64,000 nt of DNA from Candidatus Versatilivorator sp. (GTDB lineage Bacteria; Acidobacteriota; Terriglobia; Versatilivoradales; Versatilivoraceae): the NCBI GenBank assembly GCA_965207735.1, contig OZ242296.1, positions 3,552,001-3,616,000 on the forward strand, written 5' to 3'. The position numbers and the translations under genes are program-made. Position 1 is the stretch's first letter, and each line of letters opens with the position of its first letter. The notes under the pieces were generated by a model. The model did no database searches and was not told where the DNA came from. It saw only the letters and a program-made list of their open reading frames with translations. This document shows, piece after piece, positions 21,026 to 28,920 of this stretch.

Positions 21026-22534
21026 TTACTTCCCCTGGATTTCGTCCTCACCGGCTGCAGGACCCTCTTCATCCGAGCCTGGCTGTTCGTTAGAACTCTC
21101 CGCCTCTGCGCCTTCGGCTTCCTCCGAGGGGACTTCTGACAGGTCAGCGGACTGGAGCGAGCCAGCGGCTTCCTCATCCGGTTCCTCGGCTTCACGGGCG
21201 GCGGCCTCCCTCCGGGCTCTCTCCTCCTCGGCTCTCTGTTCGGCTTCGGCCGCCCTTCTGGCTTCGGCTGCTTCGGTGTATCGGATATAGTAGTCCTTCA
21301 CCGAGGCGATAATTTTTTCGGCGCTCTTGGGACCGACCCCCTTGATGCCGGTCAGGTCTGCAATCGGCGTGTCAGCCAGTTCCTCGATGGTCTCGATACT
21401 GTTTTCCGTGAGCTTGGCCAGGATGCCCGGCGAAAGGGCCGGCAACTCGGAAAGAGGTGTCTTGGCTGACAGCATGGCCATCTGATCTTCAATCTCGGCC
21501 CGCTTCTCCTCTTCGCTCTTGATATCGATTTTCCAACCCGTCAACTTTGCCGCCAAGCGCACGTTCTGGCCCTTTTTCCCGATAGCCAGAGACAACTGAT
21601 CGGTTTCCACGATGACTTCCAGATGCTTGTCCTCGGCATCCAGGACTGAGGCGCGACTGATCTTGGCGGGACTCAAGGCGTTCATCACGAAGTTGATGGT
21701 GTCCTCGGAGTAGGGGATGATGTCGATCTTCTCTCCGTGGAGTTCACGGATGATGGCCTGAACCCTCGATCCTTTCATTCCCACGCAGGCCCCCACGGGG
21801 TCGACGTCCTTGTCGCGAGAGGACACGGCAATCTTGGAGCGTTCCCCCGTATCTCTGGCAGCAGTCCTGATGGTCACCGTCCCGTCATAGATTTCCGGCA
21901 CTTCCATTTCAAACAGCTTGGCCAGCAGGGCCGGGTCAATGCGGGAAACAATGACCTGAGGGCCCCTGGAGGGTTTCTCCACCTTGATGATGACCACGCG
22001 GACTCTGTCGCCCATGGTGAAGCTCTCCAGGCGCGACTGCTCTCGCCTGGGGAGTCGGCCCTCTGCAGTTCCCAGGTCGACAATCACGTCGGGTCCCTCG
22101 GTCCGCTTCACCAGACAGGTGACCACCTCGCCGATCCGCTGGCTGTATTCTTCGAAGATGCTCTCCCGTTCCGCCTCGCGAACTTTCTGCAGAATCACTT
22201 GTTTGGCTGTCTGGGCGGCAATGCGCCCCAGCACATCGGTGGGTTTCTCTATTCTTACCTCTCCATCGATCTCGGCACCGGGATCGATCTGCCGGGCCTC
22301 GGAGAGGGAGATCTCGTGGGTGGGGTCGGTGACCGCCTCGACAACCTGTTTGACCGCATGGACCTCGACCCGGCCCGTATCCTTGTTGAAGGAGGAAGTC
22401 AGTTCCTCCGTGGACTTGTAGTACTTGCGGGTGGCCACCAGAATCGCATCTTCCACGGCGCTGACCACAATTTCCGGATCGATTCCCTTCTCCTTGCTGA
22501 GAAGGTCGATATGCTGGTAGAGCAGGGTGCTCAT
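21026..22534 (-). CDS. nusA: transcription termination/antitermination factor NusA
   Basis: GRIAAQTAKQ, EVPEI, DPVGACVG, AIGKKGQNVRLA; acidic tail. Confidence 0.98.
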   Translation of the reverse strand: MSTLLYQHIDLLSKEKGIDPEIVVSAVEDAILVATRKYYKSTEELTSSFNKDTGRVEVHAVKQVVEAVTDPTHEISLSEARQIDPGAEIDGEVRIEKPTDVLGRIAAQTAKQVILQKVREAERESIFEEYSQRIGEVVTCLVKRTEGPDVIVDLGTAEGRLPRREQSRLESFTMGDRVRVVIIKVEKPSRGPQVIVSRIDPALLAKLFEMEVPEIYDGTVTIRTAARDTGERSKIAVSSRDKDVDPVGACVGMKGSRVQAIIRELHGEKIDIIPYSEDTINFVMNALSPAKISRASVLDAEDKHLEVIVETDQLSLAIGKKGQNVRLAAKLTGWKIDIKSEEEKRAEIEDQMAMLSAKTPLSELPALSPGILAKLTENSIETIEELADTPIADLTGIKGVGPKSAEKIIASVKDYYIRYTEAAEARRAAEAEQRAEEERARREAAAREAEEPDEEAAGSLQSADLSEVPSEEAEGAEAESSNEQPGSDEEGPAAGEDEIQGK

Positions 22535-22557
22535 GAATGCCCCGTAACGCGAACCGG

Positions 22558-23007
22558 CTAGAAGTCGAAATCCAGGTGCGCTTTCGACACGACTTCCAAT
22601 GGAATCAATACCGAGCTTGCATCCTTACGCTCCACGGCGACCCGGTTTCCCTTCATGCCGAGCAGCGTTCCACGGAAATGCCGCAAACCCTCCACGGCTT
22701 CCGTGGTGGAGATTTTGACCAGCCGGCCTGCAAAACGCTGGAACTCCGCCGCCGTCCGCACCCTTCGAGTCAGGCCCGGGGAGGAAACCTCCAGAGTGTA
22801 GCGTCCCGCGACGGCCTCCTCAACCTCGAGCAGCGGCCCCAGCTGGTCACTGATCCGAGCACAGTCGTCGTGCTTGATTCCTCCTGCCCGGTCAATGAAA
22901 ATCCGCAGGACTCGCCGGCCCGGGGAACCCTTCAGTTCAACCTCTACCAGCTCGAATCCCTCAGCCTGGACCACCTCGTCGATGAGTGCCGTTATCTTGT
23001 CGATCAA
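22558..23007 (-). CDS. rimP: ribosome maturation factor RimP
   Basis: LRIFID..GGI..DDC, YTLEVSSPG. Confidence 0.95.
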   Translation of the reverse strand: MIDKITALIDEVVQAEGFELVEVELKGSPGRRVLRIFIDRAGGIKHDDCARISDQLGPLLEVEEAVAGRYTLEVSSPGLTRRVRTAAEFQRFAGRLVKISTTEAVEGLRHFRGTLLGMKGNRVAVERKDASSVLIPLEVVSKAHLDFDF

Positions 23008-23045
23008 GCCGCAGATCCTTCACTTCCCGCAGGCTGAAAGGCAAC

Positions 23046-23069
23046 AAAAAAGTGGGCTTTCGCCCACTC
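23046..23069 (-). promoter_or_regulatory. rimP leader terminator hairpin
   Basis: GAGTGGGC-GAAA-GCCCACT-TTTTT upstream of rimP, matching the known GGGC/GCCC rimP-leader stem. Confidence 0.8.
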
Positions 23070-23121
23070 GGGTCACGGATATTATCTTGGGAGCCACCAG
23101 AAATCAACAAAATTCGATACT

Positions 23122-23883
23122 TCAAGTCGATGGCTGCTCGATGTGTTGGTGCAGGTCGGCACTGCTGGAAAGAATATGGTCCTTCATGGCCTGGCGGGCC
23201 TGTTCGGGCTGGCCCGATCTCAGGGCCCTGAGGATGGCCCGGTGTTCCCGGATGGAGGATCGGGCTCGATGCCGGTCTTCGGGACTGGAGGGGGAGGATA
23301 CCAGGCTCTCCTTGATCCAGGCCTGGAGGTAGCCGCGTGTCATGCTGACAAGCTGGTGCAGGATGGTGTTCTGGGTTGCCTGAGCCACCAGCAGATGGAA
23401 TTCCAGGTCGAAGCGCAGGTACTGCTCCGGCCGGGCCTCGGAGTTCTCCATGCCTTGAATCGTCCCTTCCATGGCCTCCAGGTTGGCTGCCGTGGCTTTG
23501 CGGGCCGCCGAAAATGCCGTTTGAGTTTCCAGCATGAGCCGAGTTTCAAGAAGGTTCTCGACCTTCTTGGGGTCGAGCAGGAGTCCCCACTGCAGATTTC
23601 GCTCCAGGTAACGCTGGTTGTTGTGGGAGACAAAGGTCCCTTCCCCGACGCGGCCGTCCAGGATTCCCATCACGGCCAGCGATCGCAATGCCTCTCGGAG
23701 CGTGGCCCGCCCCACCCCGAAGCGCTTGCAAAGATCCTTCTCCGACGGAAGTCTCTCCCCGGGTTGGAGCACGTTTCGAGAAATCAGATCGATAATCTGC
23801 TCGATGATCTTGTCGCTCAGCGAGATCCGGCGAATGGGACTCACTTCTTGCAGGGGCTCGGGCCTGGCGGAATTGACGGTCAT
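23122..23883 (-). CDS. GntR/FadR-family transcriptional regulator
   Basis: PGERLPSE..L...FGVGRATLREAL wHTH, GEGTFV, FCD domain with DLEFH, EHRAI, HI. Confidence 0.95.
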   Translation of the reverse strand: MTVNSARPEPLQEVSPIRRISLSDKIIEQIIDLISRNVLQPGERLPSEKDLCKRFGVGRATLREALRSLAVMGILDGRVGEGTFVSHNNQRYLERNLQWGLLLDPKKVENLLETRLMLETQTAFSAARKATAANLEAMEGTIQGMENSEARPEQYLRFDLEFHLLVAQATQNTILHQLVSMTRGYLQAWIKESLVSSPSSPEDRHRARSSIREHRAILRALRSGQPEQARQAMKDHILSSSADLHQHIEQPST

Positions 23884-24106
23884 GGGTTCTAGTGTCCTGT
23901 CTCGGAAACAGGAGTACCATCTCCGATGGAGGTTCCACAGGGAAACGGTCGGTTTGAGAGATTCTTATGCGTTTCAGCCAACGGGCGCCGTTCTGCTCCC
24001 TCTCCCGGGAACCTCCGTCGGCCTTAGCTCGCATTTTGCGCCGGGGGGCGTCCGACCTCCCTCCGGCTGCCATCCAGGTCTCGCCGGGGCAGGGAAAAAG
24101 CTTTAC

Positions 24107-24155
24107 TTGAAAGCCACAGTTATAATACCTTATGTTCAGGTTGTCAGACAACCTG
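24107..24155. promoter_or_regulatory. divergent promoter region with palindromic FadR-type operator
   Basis: perfect palindrome CAGGTTGTC-A-GACAACCTG (24137-24155); TATAAT at 24121; TTGAAA-N18-TATGTT on + and TTGTCT-N18-TATTAT on -. Confidence 0.7.
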
Positions 24156-24273
24156 TAAATCGGGCTAGTTTGTGTAGGTGGGCTGGCACGCGCATTGGGG
24201 CACTGCGGGGGATAGCCGGCGGATCGAGTATGCCTCCTCGCCAGTCCGGCAATGGAACCGAGGGGATTTTGCC

Positions 24274-24918
24274 ATGGGTCTGACCATCGATCTCGGAAGG
24301 CGGATTGAGCTGGTCTCGATGGACCTGCATTTTCACGACATCTCCATCGCCCTCTACAGACGAGAGGGAGTGGCCGGATTGGAGGTGCTGGTCCAGAGCT
24401 ATAGCCGGCGGGCCGGCACCCGGGAGCGCCTGGAGTTTATTGCCGAAGCCATGACGGTTCTCGGAGGAATGGAGCTCCTCCCGGGAGAATCGCTGAGCCT
24501 GCGTTTCCCCCGGGGCAGCGATCTTCCGGTGGCGGCCCGAAGGGTTTTCCTGGAAGCCTGCAAGCGCCCCACGGGTGAGGAGGTCGCCCCCCGCCCCCTC
24601 GCCATCTTCGACAAGAAGTCCCAGAGCCAGGTTCAGGTGGCCAGTCTGGGAGAGGGTCTCTACGAAGTGACCCTGGAGGCAGAGGGGGAGCGCGCTTCCA
24701 GGCGGTGCGCCGCTATCGCCGCGGGAATCGCCAAGCTCAGCGGGGCCGGCCAGGTGGAAGGACATCCGGCGCGGGTAGCCTTGCCCAATGGACAGTCGAT
24801 AGATGCACTGGTCGGATTGCTGCTGGTCCGGGCCCTCAACGTCCGGGCCGTCGTTCGGGCAGAGGAAGCAGCGGCTTCCCGGGGCGTCCTGTCCGCTCCC
24901 AGCGCCCAGAACAATTAG
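24274..24918 (+). CDS. hypothetical protein, first gene of the corrinoid operon
   Basis: ATG with GAGGGG upstream; 214 aa; no family recognised. Confidence 0.75.
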   Translation: MGLTIDLGRRIELVSMDLHFHDISIALYRREGVAGLEVLVQSYSRRAGTRERLEFIAEAMTVLGGMELLPGESLSLRFPRGSDLPVAARRVFLEACKRPTGEEVAPRPLAIFDKKSQSQVQVASLGEGLYEVTLEAEGERASRRCAAIAAGIAKLSGAGQVEGHPARVALPNGQSIDALVGLLLVRALNVRAVVRAEEAAASRGVLSAPSAQNN

Positions 24919-24948
24919 GCAGAACGTTTCATCCAGGAGGGAAGTCCT

Positions 24949-26004
24949 ATGGATACCGGATCTGGATCGATTCCATCCATGAACGGGCGCGAGAGGGTCA
25001 TGGCTGCGCTGCGGCGCGAGCCGGTGGATCGCACCCCTGTCTGCACCCCGACCTCGGTGGCCACGGTCGAGCTGATGGACCTGGTCGATGCCTCCTTTCC
25101 CGAAGCCAATCAGCAGCCCGAGCTCATGGCTCGCCTGGCGGCTACGGGATATACCGAGCTGGGGTTCGATACCATCATGCCCGTGTTTACCATCATTCAG
25201 GACTCCTCGGCGCTGGGATGCAAGATCCAGTGGGAGCAAAAGGACAATTGGCCGACCGTGAAGATGCGCGAGCCCATCTGGGAGACCCCTGACGACATCA
25301 AGGTTCCTCCCGACTTCCTGACCCATCGAGATACCCGCTGCGTCCTGGAGGCCATCAAGATCCTCAAGAAGGAATACGGCAACGAGGTGGCCATCGTCGG
25401 CAAGACCATGGGGCCCTGGTCGCTCGGCTATCACTGCTTCGGGGTGGAGCCCTTTCTGCTGATGTCGCTGGACGATCCGGGGAAGACCAAGCTCTGCCTG
25501 GACAGAATGAAAGAGGCCACCATCCAGTTCGGAATCGCTCAAGTGGAGGCCGGAGCCGACGCCATCACGCTGCCCGATCACGCCACCGGAGACCTGGTGA
25601 GCGGTGAGTACTACAGGAGATACCTCCGTGAGCTCCACATCGAGTTCGCCGAAAAGATACGGATCCCGATCATTCTGCACATCTGCGGAAAGACGGTGGA
25701 CCGCATGGAATACATCGCCCAGACGGGCATGGCCGCCTTCCACTACGACTCCAAGAACGAGCCGCAAGAGTCCGTTGACATCATGAAGAACCGCATCTCC
25801 CTGGTGGGAAACATCAACAATCCGGAGACGCTCTTCTCCAAGGGCCCTGAAGAGGTCCGGCAAGAGGTGGTCAAGAACCTGGATGCGGGGGTTCAGATGG
25901 TGGGACCCGAATGCGCCATCCCGCTGCAGACATCCATTGAGAACCTGAAGGAGATCCCGCTGACGGTGAGAGACTGGACCCGGGAGCAGGCCGCCGGAAA
26001 TTAA
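24949..26004 (+). CDS. MtaA/CmuA-family methyltransferase (uroporphyrinogen decarboxylase fold)
   Basis: RERVMAAL...VDRTPV, GPWSL, Zn-ligand LHICG and GPECAIP, LVGNIN; next to a corrinoid protein. Confidence 0.88.
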   Translation: MDTGSGSIPSMNGRERVMAALRREPVDRTPVCTPTSVATVELMDLVDASFPEANQQPELMARLAATGYTELGFDTIMPVFTIIQDSSALGCKIQWEQKDNWPTVKMREPIWETPDDIKVPPDFLTHRDTRCVLEAIKILKKEYGNEVAIVGKTMGPWSLGYHCFGVEPFLLMSLDDPGKTKLCLDRMKEATIQFGIAQVEAGADAITLPDHATGDLVSGEYYRRYLRELHIEFAEKIRIPIILHICGKTVDRMEYIAQTGMAAFHYDSKNEPQESVDIMKNRISLVGNINNPETLFSKGPEEVRQEVVKNLDAGVQMVGPECAIPLQTSIENLKEIPLTVRDWTREQAAGN

Positions 26005-26050
26005 TCCGCATTTCTCGCCGTGGGGGCGGGTAGACGACCGAGAGGGAATC

Positions 26051-26809
26051 ATGGCCAATATCGCAGACATCCGGAACGAGTTCCTCCGCGACGAGATCGA
26101 AGAATTCCTTGAACGCCCCGAGGAGATCGAGCGGACCGTCGGCATTTTTGCCAAGGCGAGACCCGCCATGCAGGACATTGCCGCCGCCCTGATCGAGGGT
26201 GAGAACGACACCGTGGATCGCTTGACCAGGGCGGCTCTGGATGACGGGATTGAAGCCCTCGAGATCATGGACGACGGCCTGATCGCGGGGATGGGCGTGG
26301 TGGGGATCAAGTTTCGCGAAAACTTCATCTTCGTGCCGGAGGTTCTGGCCTGCGCCCGGGCCATGAAAGCAGGAATGGTGCACATCGAACCCATCCTTTC
26401 GGCTTCGGGCGTCGAGCCCCTGGGCAGGGTCATCATGGGGACGGTCAAGGGCGATCTCCACGACATCGGCAAGAACCTGTGCATCATGATGCTTCGGGGC
26501 TCGGGGTTCGTGGTGATCGACCTGGGCGTGGACACCTCGGCGGACGAGTTCATCGATGCCATCGAGGAGCACGAGGCCTCGCTGATGGGGATGTCGGCAC
26601 TGTTGACCACCACCATGCCCAACATGGGGAAGACCATCGAGGCCTTTATCGATGCCGACCTGCGGGACGACGTCAAGATCATGGTGGGTGGAGCGCCGGT
26701 CACCCAGGAGTTTGCCGACGACATGGGGGCCGACGGGTACGGGAAGGATGCGCTGGCTTGCGTCGAGTTGGCCAAGACGCTGCTGAGCGCGGAAGTGGAA
26801 GCACCTTAG
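26051..26809 (+). CDS. cobalamin-binding corrinoid protein
   Basis: cap domain GLIAGM..VG..F....FVPE, GTVKGDLHDIGKNL (DxHxxG), SALLTTT, VGGAPV. Confidence 0.95.
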   Translation: MANIADIRNEFLRDEIEEFLERPEEIERTVGIFAKARPAMQDIAAALIEGENDTVDRLTRAALDDGIEALEIMDDGLIAGMGVVGIKFRENFIFVPEVLACARAMKAGMVHIEPILSASGVEPLGRVIMGTVKGDLHDIGKNLCIMMLRGSGFVVIDLGVDTSADEFIDAIEEHEASLMGMSALLTTTMPNMGKTIEAFIDADLRDDVKIMVGGAPVTQEFADDMGADGYGKDALACVELAKTLLSAEVEAP

Positions 26810-26816
26810 CGCCGTC

Positions 26817-27086
26817 ATGCAAAAAATCGACAAGGCCGAATACGAAAAACGTCTGAAGCGGATCAGCGAGCTGTTCTCGAGCATGGTCGTTCATGCCGAT
26901 GAGTTGTCCACTTACCGCTGCCCCTACAAGAACCGCTTCGATCAGTGTACGGCCAAGTTCGGGTGTCGCAACCAGCGTCGGCCCCCGGTCAAGGGGGACC
27001 TTTTGCTGTGCGGCGGAGACGACAAGTTGGACTACCGCAGCGCCTGGGAGACCCAGGCCGAGGACGGCGGCGCGCCCGGGCAGTGA
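26817..27086 (+). CDS. small Cys-rich hypothetical protein
   Basis: 89 aa, RCPYKNRFDQCTAKFGCRNQ...LCGGD; 7 bp after the corrinoid gene. Confidence 0.75.
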   Translation: MQKIDKAEYEKRLKRISELFSSMVVHADELSTYRCPYKNRFDQCTAKFGCRNQRRPPVKGDLLLCGGDDKLDYRSAWETQAEDGGAPGQ

Positions 27087-27143
27087 CCCGGTCGGGGCCG
27101 CGTGCCCGAGGCGCTTGTTTCGGCTCGGTGGCAGGGATTCAAG

Positions 27144-27273
27144 CCCGCATTTCTCACCAGGGGGTATGCCCAGCGCAGGCTGTTACCCACAAGCCCTTAC
27201 CAGGGAGCCAATCAAAGTACTGAAGATAGACTACTATTCGTCATGGCACCAGCGACCTGGTGAGAAATGCGGG
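27144..27273. mobile_element. 130-bp MITE-like element, intron-free copy
   Basis: perfect 18-bp TIRs CCCGCATTTCTCACCAGG / CCTGGTGAGAAATGCGGG, flanked by CAAG and CTAG; interior homologous to 6801-6897. Confidence 0.85.
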
Positions 27274-27277
27274 CTAG

Positions 27278-28918
27278 ATGGGCACCATTCGGCACAATGA
27301 TCGGAGTCTTGATCTGGAGGCGGGCAGGACGCTTTTCGACTATGCCGACGAGCTGCGGGTCCAGGTGCCCACCTCCTGCGGCAGGACCGGATCCTGCCAT
27401 GAGTGTATTGTAGAAGTTCAGCAGGGGATGGAGGCGCTCTGTCCCCGAAGCCCCAGCGAATCCTTCCTGCGCGACCCCTACCGGTTGGCCTGCCAGTCCG
27501 CTGTCATCGACGACGGCGGCGATATCGGCTTCGCGCCCCTCCGACGCAAACCCCAGATCCTCACCCGGGCAACCCCGGTCAAGACATTGCAGCTGGATCC
27601 GATGGTGATCCGTCGAGGAGACGAGGTTGTCTACGACGAGCAGGTCATCGACCGCTACCGGGGACATTTGTACGGGCTTGCCATGGACCTGGGAACCACC
27701 ACCGTGGTGATCGAACTGGTGGATCTGGAAAACGGCGAGACTCTGGCGGTCGCTTCCTTCGAGAACCCGCAGCGATTCGGAGGAAGCGATATCATGAATC
27801 GGATTTCCTACGATGGGGGACCGTTTCAAGGCGAGCTCCACCAGGCCATCGTCAAGGGACTCAACTTCGAGATCCGTGAGCTCTGCAAGCGGCTGCGCGT
27901 TCGCCGCCGGGAGATCTACGAGGTGGCAGTGGCCGGCAACTCGACCATGCGCGACCTCTTCTTCGGTCTGGACGTTCAGAGCATCGGGCAAAAGCCATAC
28001 AAGTCCTTGATCGAGCATGAAGTCCTGGAGGGAAAGCGCCAGAGCATGGCGCTCACCGTCGAGGCCGGGAGTCTGGGGGTCCAGGTCCATCCCCGGGCTC
28101 GCATCTTCGGACTGCCCTTGATTGCCAGCCATGTGGGGGCCGATACGGCTGCCGACCTGGTGGCCATCGACATGGAACGCCGGGACGAAGTCACCATGCT
28201 GGTGGATGTGGGAACCAACACCGAAGTGGTGGTCGGGAACGGAGAACGGATGATGACGGCCTCCTGTCCGGCCGGCCCCGCCTTCGAAGGTGGCCTGGTC
28301 AAGTACGGAATGCCGGGATGCGAGGGGGCCATCGAATCCATCGGCGCCGTGAACGGACGCTTCGACTATCGAACCATCGGCAACGTGGAGCCCCAGGGGA
28401 TCTGCGGATCCGGGCTGATCGACCTCTTGGCGGAGCTGCGTCGCACCGATCAGATGACACCCAAAGGGGTTTTTCCCAACAGGGCCTTCGAAATCAACGT
28501 GGTTCCGGAGCACGGGATCACCCTCTCTCGAGAGGATGCCAGCAATCTGGCTCAAGCCAAGGCGGCCAATTTCTGTGGGCAATACATTGTCATGCGGCGT
28601 TTCGGGATAGCTCCGGGGGACGTCCGCCGGCTCTACCTGGCAGGGGGTTTCGCCAATTACGTCGACGTGGCCAATGCCATTGACATCGGATTTCTGGCTC
28701 CGGTGGATCGGGATCGCATCGTCAAGGTGGGCAATGCAGCGGTTCAGGGAGCCAAGGCGGTGCTGCTGTCCCGCAGCCGGCGGAAATCCCTGGAACGCCT
28801 GATCCGCAGGATCGAGCATGTCGAGCTGGAAACCACGCCGGATTTCTTCGAAGTCTTCGTCGAGGGGTGTCAGTTCAAGCCCATGCCTCAAGAAACCGCC
28901 GACCTGAAGGTGGGGTAG
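27278..28918 (+). CDS. ASKHA-domain reductive activator of corrinoid proteins (RamA/RACo-like, DUF4445) with N-terminal 2Fe-2S domain
   Basis: CGRTGSCHEC...RLACQ, DLGTTT, NPQ.FG.DIM.RI, VGADT, DVGTNTE, AGPAFEG, GICGSG, LAGGF, GNAA. Confidence 0.93.
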   Translation: MGTIRHNDRSLDLEAGRTLFDYADELRVQVPTSCGRTGSCHECIVEVQQGMEALCPRSPSESFLRDPYRLACQSAVIDDGGDIGFAPLRRKPQILTRATPVKTLQLDPMVIRRGDEVVYDEQVIDRYRGHLYGLAMDLGTTTVVIELVDLENGETLAVASFENPQRFGGSDIMNRISYDGGPFQGELHQAIVKGLNFEIRELCKRLRVRRREIYEVAVAGNSTMRDLFFGLDVQSIGQKPYKSLIEHEVLEGKRQSMALTVEAGSLGVQVHPRARIFGLPLIASHVGADTAADLVAIDMERRDEVTMLVDVGTNTEVVVGNGERMMTASCPAGPAFEGGLVKYGMPGCEGAIESIGAVNGRFDYRTIGNVEPQGICGSGLIDLLAELRRTDQMTPKGVFPNRAFEINVVPEHGITLSREDASNLAQAKAANFCGQYIVMRRFGIAPGDVRRLYLAGGFANYVDVANAIDIGFLAPVDRDRIVKVGNAAVQGAKAVLLSRSRRKSLERLIRRIEHVELETTPDFFEVFVEGCQFKPMPQETADLKVG

Positions 28919-28920
28919 CC

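Noticed and set aside
24184-24198. sigma54-like TGGCACG-N4-TTGG upstream of the corrinoid operon
   Set aside because: The -12 GC is GG, no enhancer-binding protein is nearby, and sigma70 elements with an operator explain the region
23884-24273. Cobalamin or SAM riboswitch ahead of the B12-dependent operon
   Set aside because: No B12-box or SAM-I core motifs found by eye
24136-26775. Long antisense ORFs (879 aa here; also 8755-10668, 27212-28891, 32033-33982, 62261-63883)
   Set aside because: Shadow frames of well-supported genes, common in high-GC DNA
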